64,000 nucleotides of DNA from Bacilli bacterium (GCA_050949315.1 JBMNFL010000001.1:896001-960000), one strand, 5' to 3'. Positions 37,419 through 48,062 are shown, counted from the stretch's first letter. Numbers and translations: made by a program. The notes: generated by a model not told the origin, from the sequence alone.

Positions 37419-38357
37419 TTATTTCTTCTTTTCTTCTTGAGTTTTGGGCTCTTTAATAATCTCAGTAATGGAAGCAATAGTTCCGGCTAAATCTTGTAAA
37501 TTAGAGGGGATAATAAGTTTGGTTGATTTACCATCCGCAACTTTTTCTAAAGCCTTGAAGCCCTCTAGAGTCATATACTCTTTAGAAGGTTTAGCTTCAT
37601 TGATATAACGAATAGCATCAGCCTGAGCATGGAAGAGTTGTCTTAAGGCTTCTGCACGTCCTTCAGCCTCCGTGATGGTAGATTGTCTTGCGGCTTCGGC
37701 TTTAAGAATCATAGACTCTTTCTGACCTTGAGCAGTTAGAATAGCCGCGGTTTTTTCACCCTCGGCTCTAAGAATAGATTCTCTTCTTTCCCGTTCAGCC
37801 CGCATTTGTTTTTCCATGGCCTCTTGAATGTCTCTTGGTGGAAGAATGTTTTTCACCTCTACACGGTGAACCTTGATGCCCCAAGGATCGGTGGCAATAT
37901 CAAGAATAGAACGCATCTTGGAGTTAATGGTGTCCCTAGAAGTTAGGGTCTCATCAAGTTCCAATTCACCAATAATGTTTCTCAAAGTTGTGGCTGTAAG
38001 ATTTTCAATGGCGTTCATCGGCCTTTCGACCCCGTAGCAATAGAGTTTGGGATCAGTGACAGCAAAATAAACGACCGTATCAATCTGCATGGTAACGTTA
38101 TCTTTAGTGATAACAGGTTGTGGCGGGAAATCAGCGACTCTTTCTTTCAAAGAGATTTTAGCGACCACCCGGTCAAAGAAGGGCACAATAATATTGAGTC
38201 CGCTTCCACAAACCTTAAGGAATTTTCCTAATCTTTCAACAACGATGGCTTCGCTTTGGCGAACCACGCGAATGGAAAAAAGACTTAGGGCAACGACAAT
38301 AAATAGGATTACTAAAACAATAACTAAAACCGTGACATTAACTTCTGCTAAAAACAT
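37419..38357 (-). CDS. SPFH/band-7 (QmcA/stomatin-like) protein
   Basis: VERLGKF, VITKDNV, AMEKQMRAERERR. Confidence 0.93.
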   Translation of the reverse strand: MFLAEVNVTVLVIVLVILFIVVALSLFSIRVVRQSEAIVVERLGKFLKVCGSGLNIIVPFFDRVVAKISLKERVADFPPQPVITKDNVTMQIDTVVYFAVTDPKLYCYGVERPMNAIENLTATTLRNIIGELELDETLTSRDTINSKMRSILDIATDPWGIKVHRVEVKNILPPRDIQEAMEKQMRAERERRESILRAEGEKTAAILTAQGQKESMILKAEAARQSTITEAEGRAEALRQLFHAQADAIRYINEAKPSKEYMTLEGFKALEKVADGKSTKLIIPSNLQDLAGTIASITEIIKEPKTQEEKKK

Positions 38358-38815
38358 TAGATTTCCTCCTTTTTAACAACATAGAATTTATTACCACTAA
38401 TTTCGGTGATAATAGCAATATCACCCACATCAACTCTTTGACCCTCGCGGCAAATCAGAGTATAGATTAAGCCAGCGTATTTCCCTTCGCCATAGTTGAG
38501 ATGATCGGCGGCTTTGATGACGACGACTTCCTGACCAATGGCGGCTTCAATATTGGTAGCAATACCGCGATTGCGAAGGACCTTGTTGGCCCAGCGTCCA
38601 ATGGTAAATAACAAAATACAGGAAACAACAAGAAAAACCACGACTTGGATAACAATAGATTCCACCCCTACTAAAGAAAGAATAAGGGCGACGAAGGCAC
38701 CAGCACTAAACCAAATACAATCTAGTTCTTGGGTGGAGAGTTCAATAACAATTGTTCCCACAATCAAAAGAATCCAAAGAATATTAATGGCTGGTAGAAT
38801 GGTTGTAAGAATCAT
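38357..38815 (-). CDS. NfeD-family membrane protein
   Basis: TM helices plus C-terminal OB-like domain; coupled to SPFH. Confidence 0.82.
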   Translation of the reverse strand: MILTTILPAINILWILLIVGTIVIELSTQELDCIWFSAGAFVALILSLVGVESIVIQVVVFLVVSCILLFTIGRWANKVLRNRGIATNIEAAIGQEVVVIKAADHLNYGEGKYAGLIYTLICREGQRVDVGDIAIITEISGNKFYVVKKEEI

Positions 38816-38955
38816 ACTCATCACCTCAACTTAATTATAACAAGTCATAAAAGTGAGTTCAACAATCATTTAGAAGTTTATCTAAATGTTTTTTAAAAGT
38901 TATTCAAGTGTGAAGTTGGCCTTTTATGTTATACTAAAAAAAGGAGATGATTGCG

Positions 38956-39555
38956 ATGGATGAAATCTATAAATTCATAACCAAGGTTCAAAGTATTGCC
39001 AAGATTGGCAAAGTCTTTTCTAAAGATCCCTATGCCTTAGAAAATTATGAAGAACTAGAAAAAATAAGCCGAGAAGCTTTGGAAAATTACAGTGGTGAAA
39101 AGTTGTTGCGAGATAATATTTTTGTTCGCGATATTTATCCAACACCTAGTATTTCTTGTCGGGCGCTTATTTTGAATAGTAAGCAGGAGATTTTGCTCGT
39201 CAAGGAAGCCAAGACAAAGAACTGGTCTTTGCCAGGAGGTTGGTGCGATTTATATGAAAGTCCAAGTCAAGCCATCATCAAAGAATGCCGGCAAGAAGCC
39301 GGGGTTGATATTGAAATTTCCCGCTTATTATGTTTTACGGATCGCCGTGATTATTTGGAGCCAAATGCGGTTTCTGAGTATACTGTTTGCTTCCTTTGTC
39401 AAGTTGTTAAGGATTATCATGAGCATTGTCATGAAACCACAGATGTTAAATATTTCGCCCTAGATGCTTTGCCAGAACTTTCGCATAAGTATCGTTTAGA
39501 AGAACTTAAAAAGGCCTTAAAGGCCTATAAAACAGGGAAGGTTTATTTTAATTAA
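38956..39555 (+). CDS. NUDIX hydrolase
   Basis: WSLPGGW...AIIKECRQEAG Nudix box. Confidence 0.9.
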   Translation: MDEIYKFITKVQSIAKIGKVFSKDPYALENYEELEKISREALENYSGEKLLRDNIFVRDIYPTPSISCRALILNSKQEILLVKEAKTKNWSLPGGWCDLYESPSQAIIKECRQEAGVDIEISRLLCFTDRRDYLEPNAVSEYTVCFLCQVVKDYHEHCHETTDVKYFALDALPELSHKYRLEELKKALKAYKTGKVYFN

Positions 39556-41102
39556 TTAGTCTTTTTATTAAATCTTAGGTATTTGAATAAAGGTCGCATA
39601 TGTTTATACATTGGTCTATAAACATTTTTAAATAATTTATCATAGAGGCGCGCATTATCAGGATTTGGTTCAAAGCGCTTGGTATAATGAATCATGTTTT
39701 GACAAGCTTCTTCATAACTTGCATATTCTTTCATGGCGACAAAGCCTACGATGGATGAACCCAAACCACAAGCTTCACTGGTTTGGATTTTTTTAATAGG
39801 GAGATTGAAAATATCACAGAGGATTTGACAGATCTCATCGCTGTTACTGCCACCCCCAGAAACCACCAACTCCTTAATTGTTTGTTTTCTAGCGATTTGA
39901 TTTAGGCCAGCCCTTAAGCCATAACCAATACCTTCAATCATGGCTCGATAAAGGTGATATTTGTTATGTGAAGAATTAAAACCGATAACACTGCCACGGG
40001 CTTCGGGAATTTTTAAGGCTGGCGCCCAGAAAGGTTGTAAAACTAAACCATTAGCGCCGGGTAAGGTGTCTTTAAGATGTTCATTAAGAATTTGTTCGGT
40101 GGGACAGCCGCGTTTCAAAGCTTCCTGTGTTTCTTCATGGGCGAACTCTTTTACAAACCATGAGAGCATCCAAAAGCCCCGGAATAGTTGGACTTCTGGG
40201 GTCCAATGATTGGGAATGCTGGCTCGATAACAAGGCAAGAAAAGTTCGGGTTCAAGATAATAATCGGTGATGATTTGAACTGAAGCTGCCGTTCCACAGG
40301 AAATAGAAGCTAAACTCTTATCTAGACCTATGGTTCCTAAAGTTTCACAGGATTTATCGGCCCCAGTAGCAATTATGGGTAGACCTTCTTTTAAACCAGT
40401 TGCTTTGGCACAGTCTTTAGAGATGTAACCCAAAACTTCGCCAGGATCTTTTAAATTATGACAGCATTGGGATTCTTTAATACCAAAAATCCCGTATTTT
40501 AAAGCTCCCGGTTTGTCCCAACGATTATTCTTATAATCATAGGAAATATGGCCGACCTGAGCCGAACTTGAATCGGTCAGTTGACCACAGAGTTTATAGA
40601 TAAGATAAGTTGAAAGTAGGACATATTTTTCAGTTTTCGCCCAAATTTCTGGTTCGTTTTCAATTAGCCAGTGTGATTTACTTTGCTTGAGTAACTCTAC
40701 GGTACAATCTTTCATACCAACAATAGAAAAAAGAAAATTTTGTTTGGCAGTTAAGGGTAGGGTTTCTAATTTAGCCGTGCGTAAATCTGACCACATAATA
40801 CAGGGTCGTAAAGGCTTATTATTGACATCAAGGTTAACCATAGAATCATGAAAACAAGTGAGAGTGACCGCGATAATATTTTCGAATAAATCCGGGTATT
40901 TTTCACTTAAATAGCGGCAAGCAGTAAACATATTATCAACAAACAAATCAGGATCTTGTTCAAACCACTCATCGTGAAGCGAGATATAGGGCGGAAGTTT
41001 TATTTGTTTAATAGCAACAATTGTACCCTTTTTATCACAAAGAAGCGCTCTTGTACTTTGGGTTCCAAGATCAAAAGTAAGAATTAAGGGGTCTTTTTTC
41101 AT
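39552..41102 (-). CDS. FGGY-family carbohydrate kinase
   Basis: DLGTQSTRA, WSDLR, GADK, VSGGGS. Confidence 0.9.
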   Translation of the reverse strand: MKKDPLILTFDLGTQSTRALLCDKKGTIVAIKQIKLPPYISLHDEWFEQDPDLFVDNMFTACRYLSEKYPDLFENIIAVTLTCFHDSMVNLDVNNKPLRPCIMWSDLRTAKLETLPLTAKQNFLFSIVGMKDCTVELLKQSKSHWLIENEPEIWAKTEKYVLLSTYLIYKLCGQLTDSSSAQVGHISYDYKNNRWDKPGALKYGIFGIKESQCCHNLKDPGEVLGYISKDCAKATGLKEGLPIIATGADKSCETLGTIGLDKSLASISCGTAASVQIITDYYLEPELFLPCYRASIPNHWTPEVQLFRGFWMLSWFVKEFAHEETQEALKRGCPTEQILNEHLKDTLPGANGLVLQPFWAPALKIPEARGSVIGFNSSHNKYHLYRAMIEGIGYGLRAGLNQIARKQTIKELVVSGGGSNSDEICQILCDIFNLPIKKIQTSEACGLGSSIVGFVAMKEYASYEEACQNMIHYTKRFEPNPDNARLYDKLFKNVYRPMYKHMRPLFKYLRFNKKTN

Positions 41103-41224
41103 TGCACAGGCCTCCTGCTTTTCTAAATGATAACATAAATGATTTTAAAATTGAGAGAAAAATTGACAGGAACTTGGTTAGCCCATAAAATAATAGAGTA
41201 AATAAGCGCTTGAGAGGGAAGAAA

Positions 41225-42118
41225 ATGCAATTATATGGCTGGAACTTTGAATTAGAAATATTGCGGTCTTTGGAAAATGTACGCAGTGATTTTTTTAATG
41301 GCCTTTTTGAAATGATAACAATGATAGGCGAGGAGACCATTTTTATTATAGTTGCTGCTCTCTTCTATTTTGTGATAGATAAGAAGTTTGGAGAAAAACT
41401 TCTTTACACTCTCTGTTTTGTCAATGCCTCAACGATGGTTATTAAGAATTTGACTAAAATCCCAAGACCCTTTGTTGCCGATAGTAGTTTACAACCAATA
41501 AGAGTAGAAACAGCAACAGGTTATTCTTTTCCTAGTGGCCACACAGCGATGGCCAGTGGCTGGCTATGTACAGTTGCTCGTTATTTTAAGAAAAAATATC
41601 TTCTTTCAATCGCTGTCATTATAAGTTTTCTTGTTGGGTTTTCTAGAGTCTATCTAGGAGTGCATTATCCGAGTGATGTTATTGCTGGTCTTATTATTGG
41701 TTTAGTTGGTGGTTTAGGTCTAGCATATCTTTTTGATGAAGCCAAAAACAAAGGACTTGTGGCCTTAGCTTCTACTTTGGTTTTTCTGCCTTTTATTCTG
41801 CATTTTAGTTTTAATCCTGATCCCCAATACGCGGATTTTTTTAAGACCTATGGTGTCATTCTTAGTTTTGGAACCGCCTTTTATTTTGAAGAACATTTTG
41901 TCAATTTTGATAACAAAGGGCCTTTGTTTAAGCGTTTGTTGCGATTGATTATTGGTATAGCTTTTGCCTTAGGTATAAAAATTGGGCTCAAGGCTTTATT
42001 TGACTTAATATCCGGTTCTTTGTTGGTAAACCAGTTTTTAGATCTTTTACGTTACTTCATTTTAGGTTTTGCCACCTTAGGGCTTTATCCCTGGTTTTTT
42101 AAAAAACTTGGCTTCTAG
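41225..42118 (+). CDS. PAP2-family membrane phosphatase
   Basis: KNLTKIPRP, SFPSGH, SRVYLGVHYPSD. Confidence 0.92.
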   Translation: MQLYGWNFELEILRSLENVRSDFFNGLFEMITMIGEETIFIIVAALFYFVIDKKFGEKLLYTLCFVNASTMVIKNLTKIPRPFVADSSLQPIRVETATGYSFPSGHTAMASGWLCTVARYFKKKYLLSIAVIISFLVGFSRVYLGVHYPSDVIAGLIIGLVGGLGLAYLFDEAKNKGLVALASTLVFLPFILHFSFNPDPQYADFFKTYGVILSFGTAFYFEEHFVNFDNKGPLFKRLLRLIIGIAFALGIKIGLKALFDLISGSLLVNQFLDLLRYFILGFATLGLYPWFFKKLGF

Positions 42119-42161
42119 ACTTGCCTAGCCAACTATAAGTTGGTAAAATCAAGTAAATCCT

Positions 42162-42342
42162 AAGTGAGAAAGAAAGGCTGATTTTATTTTAGAGAAGACT
42201 CGGTTGGTGTAAGAGTTGATAAAGAGGCCAAAGATGCACTCACTAGAGCCGCTAATAACGGACGTGGGGAGGCGTTAACTCTCAATGCCCAACTTTAGAG
42301 TGGAAACGTGCTAGTATAGACGCCTCTAGTGGCGCCTTTTTA
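42162..42342 (+). ncRNA. T-box leader with Cys specifier
   Basis: AGAGA and GGTGTAAGAG stem-I boxes, specifier TGC at 42235, T-box AGAGTGGAAACGTG, terminator GGCGCC followed by T-tract; directly upstream of cysS. Confidence 0.85.
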
Positions 42343-42357
42343 TATGGAGGAAGAACA

Positions 42358-43695
42358 ATGGAACTAAAATTATTCAACAGTCTAAGTAACAAGTTAGAAG
42401 TTTTTAAACCCCTAGAAGAGGGGAAGGTTTCAATGTATGTCTGTGGACCGACTGTTTATAGTTATGCCCATATTGGCAATTTACGGCCGGTAGTTACTTT
42501 TGATATTCTTCGTCGTCTTTTAGAAGCCTTGGGTTATGAGGTTACTTACATTTCTAATATTACTGATATTGATGACAAAATTATCAATGCCGCTTTAGAA
42601 GAAAACGTTAGTGAAACGGTGATTAGTCAAAGATATGAAGAAAATTTCTTTGATTGCTGTGAGAAAATTCATGCTCGCAGGCCCACCCATGTACCGCATG
42701 CCACTTTAACGATACCTAGGATGATTGAATTCATTCAAAAACTCTTAGATAAAGGTTATGCCTATCAAGCTGATGGTGATGTTTATTTCCGAGTTAATAT
42801 GATTAAAGATTATGGAAAACTAAGCCATTTTCAGGTAGAAAATTTAAAAAGCGGGGCAAGGATTGAAGAAAATGTTAAAAAAGAAAACGCCCTTGATTTT
42901 GCCTTGTGGAAAAAGACTGAAACAGGAATTAAATTCCCCGCCCCCTTTGGTGAAGGTCGCCCTGGTTGGCATACCGAGTGTGTTGTGATGATCCAAGAGT
43001 ATTATCCCAATGGTCGCATTGATATTCATGGCGGGGGCTTTGATTTAAAATTCCCCCATCATGAGAACGAAATTGCCCAAGCCGAAGCTTGCTTTTCTCA
43101 TTCTATCGCGACTTATTGGTTACATAACGGCTTTATTAATGTTGACGATGTGAAAATGTCTAAATCTTTAGGTAATGTTTTACTTGCTAAGGACTTATTG
43201 GCAAATTATGGTGGCAACACCTTAAGAATGGCCATGATTTCCTCGCATTATCGTTCACCATTAAATATTAGTGAAGAGGTGCTAATAAGCGCCGCCACCG
43301 AAGTTAACAATATTTTAAATCCCTTAAAACAAGTGGATATTCAACTACAATTAAATAAAATCAAGGTGGATAATACGCTAAATGATGAAAATATAAAAAC
43401 GAATTTTCTATCGGCTTTATGCGATGATTTAAACACCGCCAATGGCTTAAGCGTTTTATTCCAAACAATTAAAGAACTCAATCAAATTTTGCGGCGACAG
43501 GATTATAATCGAGCCCTTGTTTTACGTAATAACATTTTAGAAATGTTAGATATTTTGGGTTTAGAATATAAGGCACCAATATTAAGTGCGAGTGATATTG
43601 AACTCTTTAAGCAGTGGAAGGCTTATCGTAAGGCCAAGGATTTTACCAAGGCTGATGAGCTTAGAACTGAACTTATCAAAAGAGGTCTTATGTAA
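42358..43695 (+). CDS. cysS: Cysteine-tRNA ligase
   Basis: CGPTVY, HIGN, GRPGWHTEC, KMSKS. Confidence 0.97.
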   Translation: MELKLFNSLSNKLEVFKPLEEGKVSMYVCGPTVYSYAHIGNLRPVVTFDILRRLLEALGYEVTYISNITDIDDKIINAALEENVSETVISQRYEENFFDCCEKIHARRPTHVPHATLTIPRMIEFIQKLLDKGYAYQADGDVYFRVNMIKDYGKLSHFQVENLKSGARIEENVKKENALDFALWKKTETGIKFPAPFGEGRPGWHTECVVMIQEYYPNGRIDIHGGGFDLKFPHHENEIAQAEACFSHSIATYWLHNGFINVDDVKMSKSLGNVLLAKDLLANYGGNTLRMAMISSHYRSPLNISEEVLISAATEVNNILNPLKQVDIQLQLNKIKVDNTLNDENIKTNFLSALCDDLNTANGLSVLFQTIKELNQILRRQDYNRALVLRNNILEMLDILGLEYKAPILSASDIELFKQWKAYRKAKDFTKADELRTELIKRGLM

Positions 43696-44418
43696 ATGAC
43701 GCAGTATATTTACGGAAAAAATGCCGTTTTAGCCCGAATTGAAAAACAGGAAGCTATTGAAGAACTTTATGTTTATGAAGGCATGAAGGATCAGCGCTTT
43801 TTAGCACGGCTTTCTGCTCTGAAATTTAAGAAAGTATCGCGCCAACAACTAGAGCAACTCTGTGGCAATCCTAATCATCAGGGCGTGGTGGCTAAAATTC
43901 AGGAGTATAAGTATGCTCCTTTAGAAGAAGTCATCGCTTTAGCTAACACTCAAGAATACCCCTTACTAGTTATGCTAGATGGCATTGAGGATCCGCATAA
44001 TCTAGGAGCGATTTTAAGAACTTGTGAGGCCATTGGGGTTAAGGGAGTTATTGTGCATAAATACCACAGCGCCCCATTATCCTCAACGGTAGCTAAAGTC
44101 TCAACTGGGGCCATTGAATATGTAAAAGTTGCTCAGGTGGCTAATTTGACCACCACGTTAAAGCGTTTAAAAAAAGAAGGCTATTGGGTGGTTGGGGCCG
44201 AAGCTAGTGGCCCATTAGATTATCGAGCCGTTGATTACAAAACCAAAATTGTTTTAGTTATCGGCAGTGAAGGTTATGGTATTGCGCCTTTAGTCTTTAA
44301 ACAATGTGATTTTAAAGTTCATTTACCAATGGAAGGAAAGATTAACTCTCTTAACGCTTCTAATGCGACGGCAATTTTACTTTATGCCATCCATTCAAAT
44401 CGTTATCCCATCAAATAA
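43696..44418 (+). CDS. rlmB: 23S rRNA G2251 2'-O-methyltransferase
   Basis: HQGVVA, DPHNLGAILRT, GSEG, SLNAS. Confidence 0.93.
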   Translation: MTQYIYGKNAVLARIEKQEAIEELYVYEGMKDQRFLARLSALKFKKVSRQQLEQLCGNPNHQGVVAKIQEYKYAPLEEVIALANTQEYPLLVMLDGIEDPHNLGAILRTCEAIGVKGVIVHKYHSAPLSSTVAKVSTGAIEYVKVAQVANLTTTLKRLKKEGYWVVGAEASGPLDYRAVDYKTKIVLVIGSEGYGIAPLVFKQCDFKVHLPMEGKINSLNASNATAILLYAIHSNRYPIK

Positions 44419-44429
44419 ATAAAAAGGGG

Positions 44430-45011
44430 GTGAAACCTTTGACGATGTTAGTTCCTGATGATGAACTCATCGAACAAATAAGGTTTAAAAATGATTTGGC
44501 ATTGGATTTGTTGTTGACTAGGTATGAAGGTTTTATAAATAGTTGGGTTGAAAAAATTTTTCTTAAGAAGAAAGATCATTTAGAACGTGAAGATATGTTA
44601 CAGATTGCGCGCATCACACTTTGGGATTGTCTTAATTGTTATCAGGCAAATAAAGGCAATTTTTACGCCTATTCAAAACGCTGCGTTCGCAATGCTTTAG
44701 TAGCCCATTATCAAAATTATTTACAACAGACATCTTTTATTTCTTTGGATGATGACAAGACCCGTTTTTTAGCGGAAACTAGCCTAAAATTTACTTTAGA
44801 TAATCAGCCAAAAAATCAAGAAACTAAAGAGTTGCTCGCTAAATTATTAACAAACAAAAAAATGGGGTCAATAGAAAGAGAAATATTGAAATATCGCCTG
44901 TTGGGTTATAGTTATAAAGATATCGCACAAATTTTGGGAATAACTGTTAAAAAAGTTGATAATCTTTTGGTAAAGATTAAGAAATTGGCGCGTTATCCTA
45001 AAGTAAAATAA
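44430..45011 (+). CDS. sigH: SigH-like alternative sigma-70 factor
   Basis: EDMLQ region 2, GYSYKDIA...KKVDN region 4; conserved position after cysS-rlmB. Confidence 0.7.
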   Translation: MKPLTMLVPDDELIEQIRFKNDLALDLLLTRYEGFINSWVEKIFLKKKDHLEREDMLQIARITLWDCLNCYQANKGNFYAYSKRCVRNALVAHYQNYLQQTSFISLDDDKTRFLAETSLKFTLDNQPKNQETKELLAKLLTNKKMGSIEREILKYRLLGYSYKDIAQILGITVKKVDNLLVKIKKLARYPKVK

Positions 45012-45075
45012 GTTGTCTTGTCTTATATTTATAAAAGTGTTAAATTATATTTAACTTAAAGATGGAGGACTTTTT

Positions 45076-46266
45076 ATGGATATATTTGCTAAATGCCGTG
45101 TTCCAGAAGCCGTTCACGATACTAAGAAAGCGGGAATTTATCCTTATTTTCACTATTTGAGTTCTAAGCAAGACACTGAAGTCATTATGGAAGGTAGAAA
45201 AACCATAATGATTGGTTCTAATAATTATCTGGGTTTGACTTCCGATCCTCGCGTTATTGAAGCGGGCATGAAGGCTTTAGAAAAATATGGCACTGGTTGT
45301 TCGGGAAGTCGTTTTCTGAACGGCACTTTAGATATTCATTTAGACTTAGAACAAGCCTTAGCTAAATTCCTTCGTAAGGAAGATGTGGTAACTTTTTCAA
45401 CGGGCTTCCAATCAAATTTAGGTATTATCAGTGCGGTAGTCGGTTTTAATGATTACATTGTTTGTGATAAAGAAAATCATGCGAGTATTTATGATGGTGC
45501 GAAGTTAAGTTACGGTAGGCTTGTTCGTTATGAACATGGCGATATGGAAGATTTAGAAGCCAAGTTGGCAGGTTTAGACTTAGAAAGATTTGGGGCGATA
45601 ATTATCACGGATGGCGTTTTTAGCATGAGTGGTGATATCGCTAAGTTGCCTGATATTTGTCGCTTAGCTAAAAAATATGGCGCCCGAGTTATGGTTGATG
45701 ATGCCCATGGTCTTGGGGTGTTAGGAAAAGGAGGCCGGGGCACGGCTGAACATTTTGGCCTTGAAGAAGAAGTCGATATTATTATGGGGACTTTTTCTAA
45801 ATCGCTCGCTAGTCTTGGTGGCTATATGGCGGCTAGCAAAGAACTCTGTGATTATGTCCGTCACACCTCTCGTCCTTTTATCTTTAGTGCTAGTATAACT
45901 CCGGTTTCTGTAGCTTGTGCTCGTGAGGCCTTAAGAATTATTGAGGCTGAGCCAGAAAGAGTAAAGAGACTTTTAGATCTCAGCCAATATATGCGCGATG
46001 GTTTACGTAAAGTTGGTGTTCCTATTATTGAGGCGGAAACACCGATTGTCCCTATTTATGTTTACGATGATTTAAAGGCTTTTGAGGCTTGTAAATTGCT
46101 TTTAGAGCGTGGGGTTTATGTCAACCCTGTCGTTTCGCCAGCTACACCAGTAGGTATGGCCTTACTAAGGACCAGTTATACAGCGACTCATACCTATGAG
46201 CAATTAGACTATGCCATTAAACAAATTAAAGAAGTTCTCGTTATTTTAGGTGTTATTAATGACTAA
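45076..46266 (+). CDS. Alpha-oxoamine synthase; probable serine palmitoyltransferase
   Basis: YPYF, GSNNYLGL, GTGCSGSRFLNGT, NHAS, DDAHG, GTFSKSL (PLP Lys), FIFSAS. Resembles Bacteroidota SPT from memory. Confidence 0.75.
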   Translation: MDIFAKCRVPEAVHDTKKAGIYPYFHYLSSKQDTEVIMEGRKTIMIGSNNYLGLTSDPRVIEAGMKALEKYGTGCSGSRFLNGTLDIHLDLEQALAKFLRKEDVVTFSTGFQSNLGIISAVVGFNDYIVCDKENHASIYDGAKLSYGRLVRYEHGDMEDLEAKLAGLDLERFGAIIITDGVFSMSGDIAKLPDICRLAKKYGARVMVDDAHGLGVLGKGGRGTAEHFGLEEEVDIIMGTFSKSLASLGGYMAASKELCDYVRHTSRPFIFSASITPVSVACAREALRIIEAEPERVKRLLDLSQYMRDGLRKVGVPIIEAETPIVPIYVYDDLKAFEACKLLLERGVYVNPVVSPATPVGMALLRTSYTATHTYEQLDYAIKQIKEVLVILGVIND

Positions 46267-47044
46267 AGTAGTCGTAATCACAGGGGCCACCTCAGGTATT
46301 GGTGAGGCCACGGCCCTTTTCTTAAAAGATAAAGGTTACTGCGTCTATTCTTTGGCTAGACGAGTTAAAGATATCGAGGGTATCAACTATTTAAGCTGCG
46401 ATGTTACTGATAAAGAAGCCATCGCTAAGGCATTAGCAACCATTTATCAAAAAGAGGGCTCTATTTTTGCCTTGATTAATAATGCCGGTATTGGTATTGG
46501 TGGTGCTTTTGAAACGACCGATGAAGAAGAGGTTAGAAAAATTCTAGCCGTCAATCTTGAGGGGCCTTTAAATGCCAGTCAACTAGTTATCCCCTATCTT
46601 AAAAAAAGTCAGGGAAGAATTATCAATATTGGGAGTATCGCTGGTGAAATTCCCATTCCTTTTCAAACACATTACTCCTTAACAAAAGCTGGGCTTGCAA
46701 TGTTTAGTCAAACGCTAGCCTTGGAATTAAAACCATTAGGCATTAAAGTTTCCTGTGTTTTACCAGGCGATACCAAAACCTCTTTTACTAACAATCGGGT
46801 CAAACAGATGGCTAGCGAAGATTATGGGGAAAGAATAAGTCGATCTTTAAAACGGATGGAGAAAGATGAAAAAAATGGAGTCGAGCCAATAAAGGTAAGT
46901 AAAGTAATTTATAAATGTCTAACGAAGAAAAATCCTCCAGTTAAGGTGGCCGTGGGCTTTGGTTATAAATGTATTTGTCTATTAAATCGCTTATTGCCTA
47001 CTAGATTTGTTAATTGGGTTGTATATCGTTTATATGCTAAATAA
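46259..47044 (+). CDS. Short-chain dehydrogenase/reductase; candidate 3-ketodihydrosphingosine reductase
   Basis: TGATSGIG, NNAG, YSLTK (YxxxK), PGD; overlaps the upstream gene by 8 nt. Confidence 0.8.
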   Translation: MTKVVVITGATSGIGEATALFLKDKGYCVYSLARRVKDIEGINYLSCDVTDKEAIAKALATIYQKEGSIFALINNAGIGIGGAFETTDEEEVRKILAVNLEGPLNASQLVIPYLKKSQGRIINIGSIAGEIPIPFQTHYSLTKAGLAMFSQTLALELKPLGIKVSCVLPGDTKTSFTNNRVKQMASEDYGERISRSLKRMEKDEKNGVEPIKVSKVIYKCLTKKNPPVKVAVGFGYKCICLLNRLLPTRFVNWVVYRLYAK

Positions 47045-47097
47045 GAAGCTATGCTTCTTTGCTAAATTTTAATATCTAGTTAAGCGTGCTAGATATA

Positions 47098-47127
47098 TTG
47101 ACAAAAAGCTCAATTTCATGGTAATAT
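47098..47127 (+). promoter_or_regulatory. Promoter of rpmG-secE-nusG
   Basis: TTGACA-18 nt-TAATAT, with TG just upstream of the -10. Confidence 0.55.
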
Positions 47128-47149
47128 TAATCAGCGAGGTGGTCTTGTC

Positions 47150-47299
47150 ATGCGCGAAAAAGTGATTTTGGTTTGTAGTCAATGTCTCTCGCGGAATTAT
47201 CGGGCGACACGCCAAAAATATGACAAGCAAAACCGTCTAGAAGTTATGAAGTTTTGTAAAAAGTGTAATGCTCACACTTTGCATAAAGAAAGCAAATAG
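47150..47299 (+). CDS. rpmG: 50S ribosomal protein L33 (Zn-binding type); absent from the ORF track
   Basis: [17 protein letters not shown]...[21 protein letters not shown], 49 aa, RBS GAGGT. Confidence 0.95.
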   Translation: MREKVILVCSQCLSRNYRATRQKYDKQNRLEVMKFCKKCNAHTLHKESK

Positions 47300-47310
47300 G
47301 AGAAAGAAAG

Positions 47311-47496
47311 ATGCGCAGATTTAAAAAGTATTTAATTGGTGTTTGGGATGAGGGGCATCGGGTGCGTTGGGCCAAAGGCGCTGAGTTTAAGGCCGACATT
47401 GCCACCGTTTTTGGCTACTCTATTTTCTTTTCTCTTTTCCTTTTATTAGCGGATGCTTTGGTTATTAGACTTTTACAAATCTTAAAGTTTAAATAA
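47311..47496 (+). CDS. secE: Preprotein translocase subunit SecE
   Basis: EGHRVRW motif plus one TM; lies between rpmG and nusG. Confidence 0.85.
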   Translation: MRRFKKYLIGVWDEGHRVRWAKGAEFKADIATVFGYSIFFSLFLLLADALVIRLLQILKFK

Positions 47497-47504
47497 GGAG
47501 TTCG

Positions 47505-48062
47505 ATGATGGAAGAACTATACAGTGAAAAACAATGGTATGTAGTTAACAGTTATTCCGGTCACGAGAATAAGGTAAAAAACAATTTGGAAAGACGTATT
47601 GAAAGCATGAATATGCAAGAGTATATCTTTCAAGTCTTGGTGGCTGAAGAAGAGGTACCTGTGATGCGGGAAGGTATGCCGACAGGTAAGATGAGAATTA
47701 AGAATATCTATCCAGGCTATGTCTTTGTCGAGATGATTATGACTGATCAAGCTTGGTTTGTTGTACGGAATACCCCTGGGGTTACGGGCTTTGTGGGCAG
47801 TAGTGGTGGGGGAACTAAACCCATACCAGTCCCCAAAGAACAGATTGATACAGTTCTGAAGAAAGTAGGAATTGTCAATAAAGATATGTATGCTGATTAC
47901 CTAGTTGGTACGGAAGTTCGGGTATTAAGAGGACCTTTAGCTGGTAGCACGGGCGTTATTGTCAGTGTCGATGCTGAAAAAGACCTGGTGTCAGTAAACG
48001 CAACCATGTTCGGTCGAGTTACCAATGTTGAATTGGACTTTGCTGATATTGAAAAAATCTAG
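47505..48062 (+). CDS. nusG: Transcription factor NusG
   Basis: WYVVNSYSGHENKV, PGYVFV, VRNTPGVTGF, KOW domain. Confidence 0.97.
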   Translation: MMEELYSEKQWYVVNSYSGHENKVKNNLERRIESMNMQEYIFQVLVAEEEVPVMREGMPTGKMRIKNIYPGYVFVEMIMTDQAWFVVRNTPGVTGFVGSSGGGTKPIPVPKEQIDTVLKKVGIVNKDMYADYLVGTEVRVLRGPLAGSTGVIVSVDAEKDLVSVNATMFGRVTNVELDFADIEKI

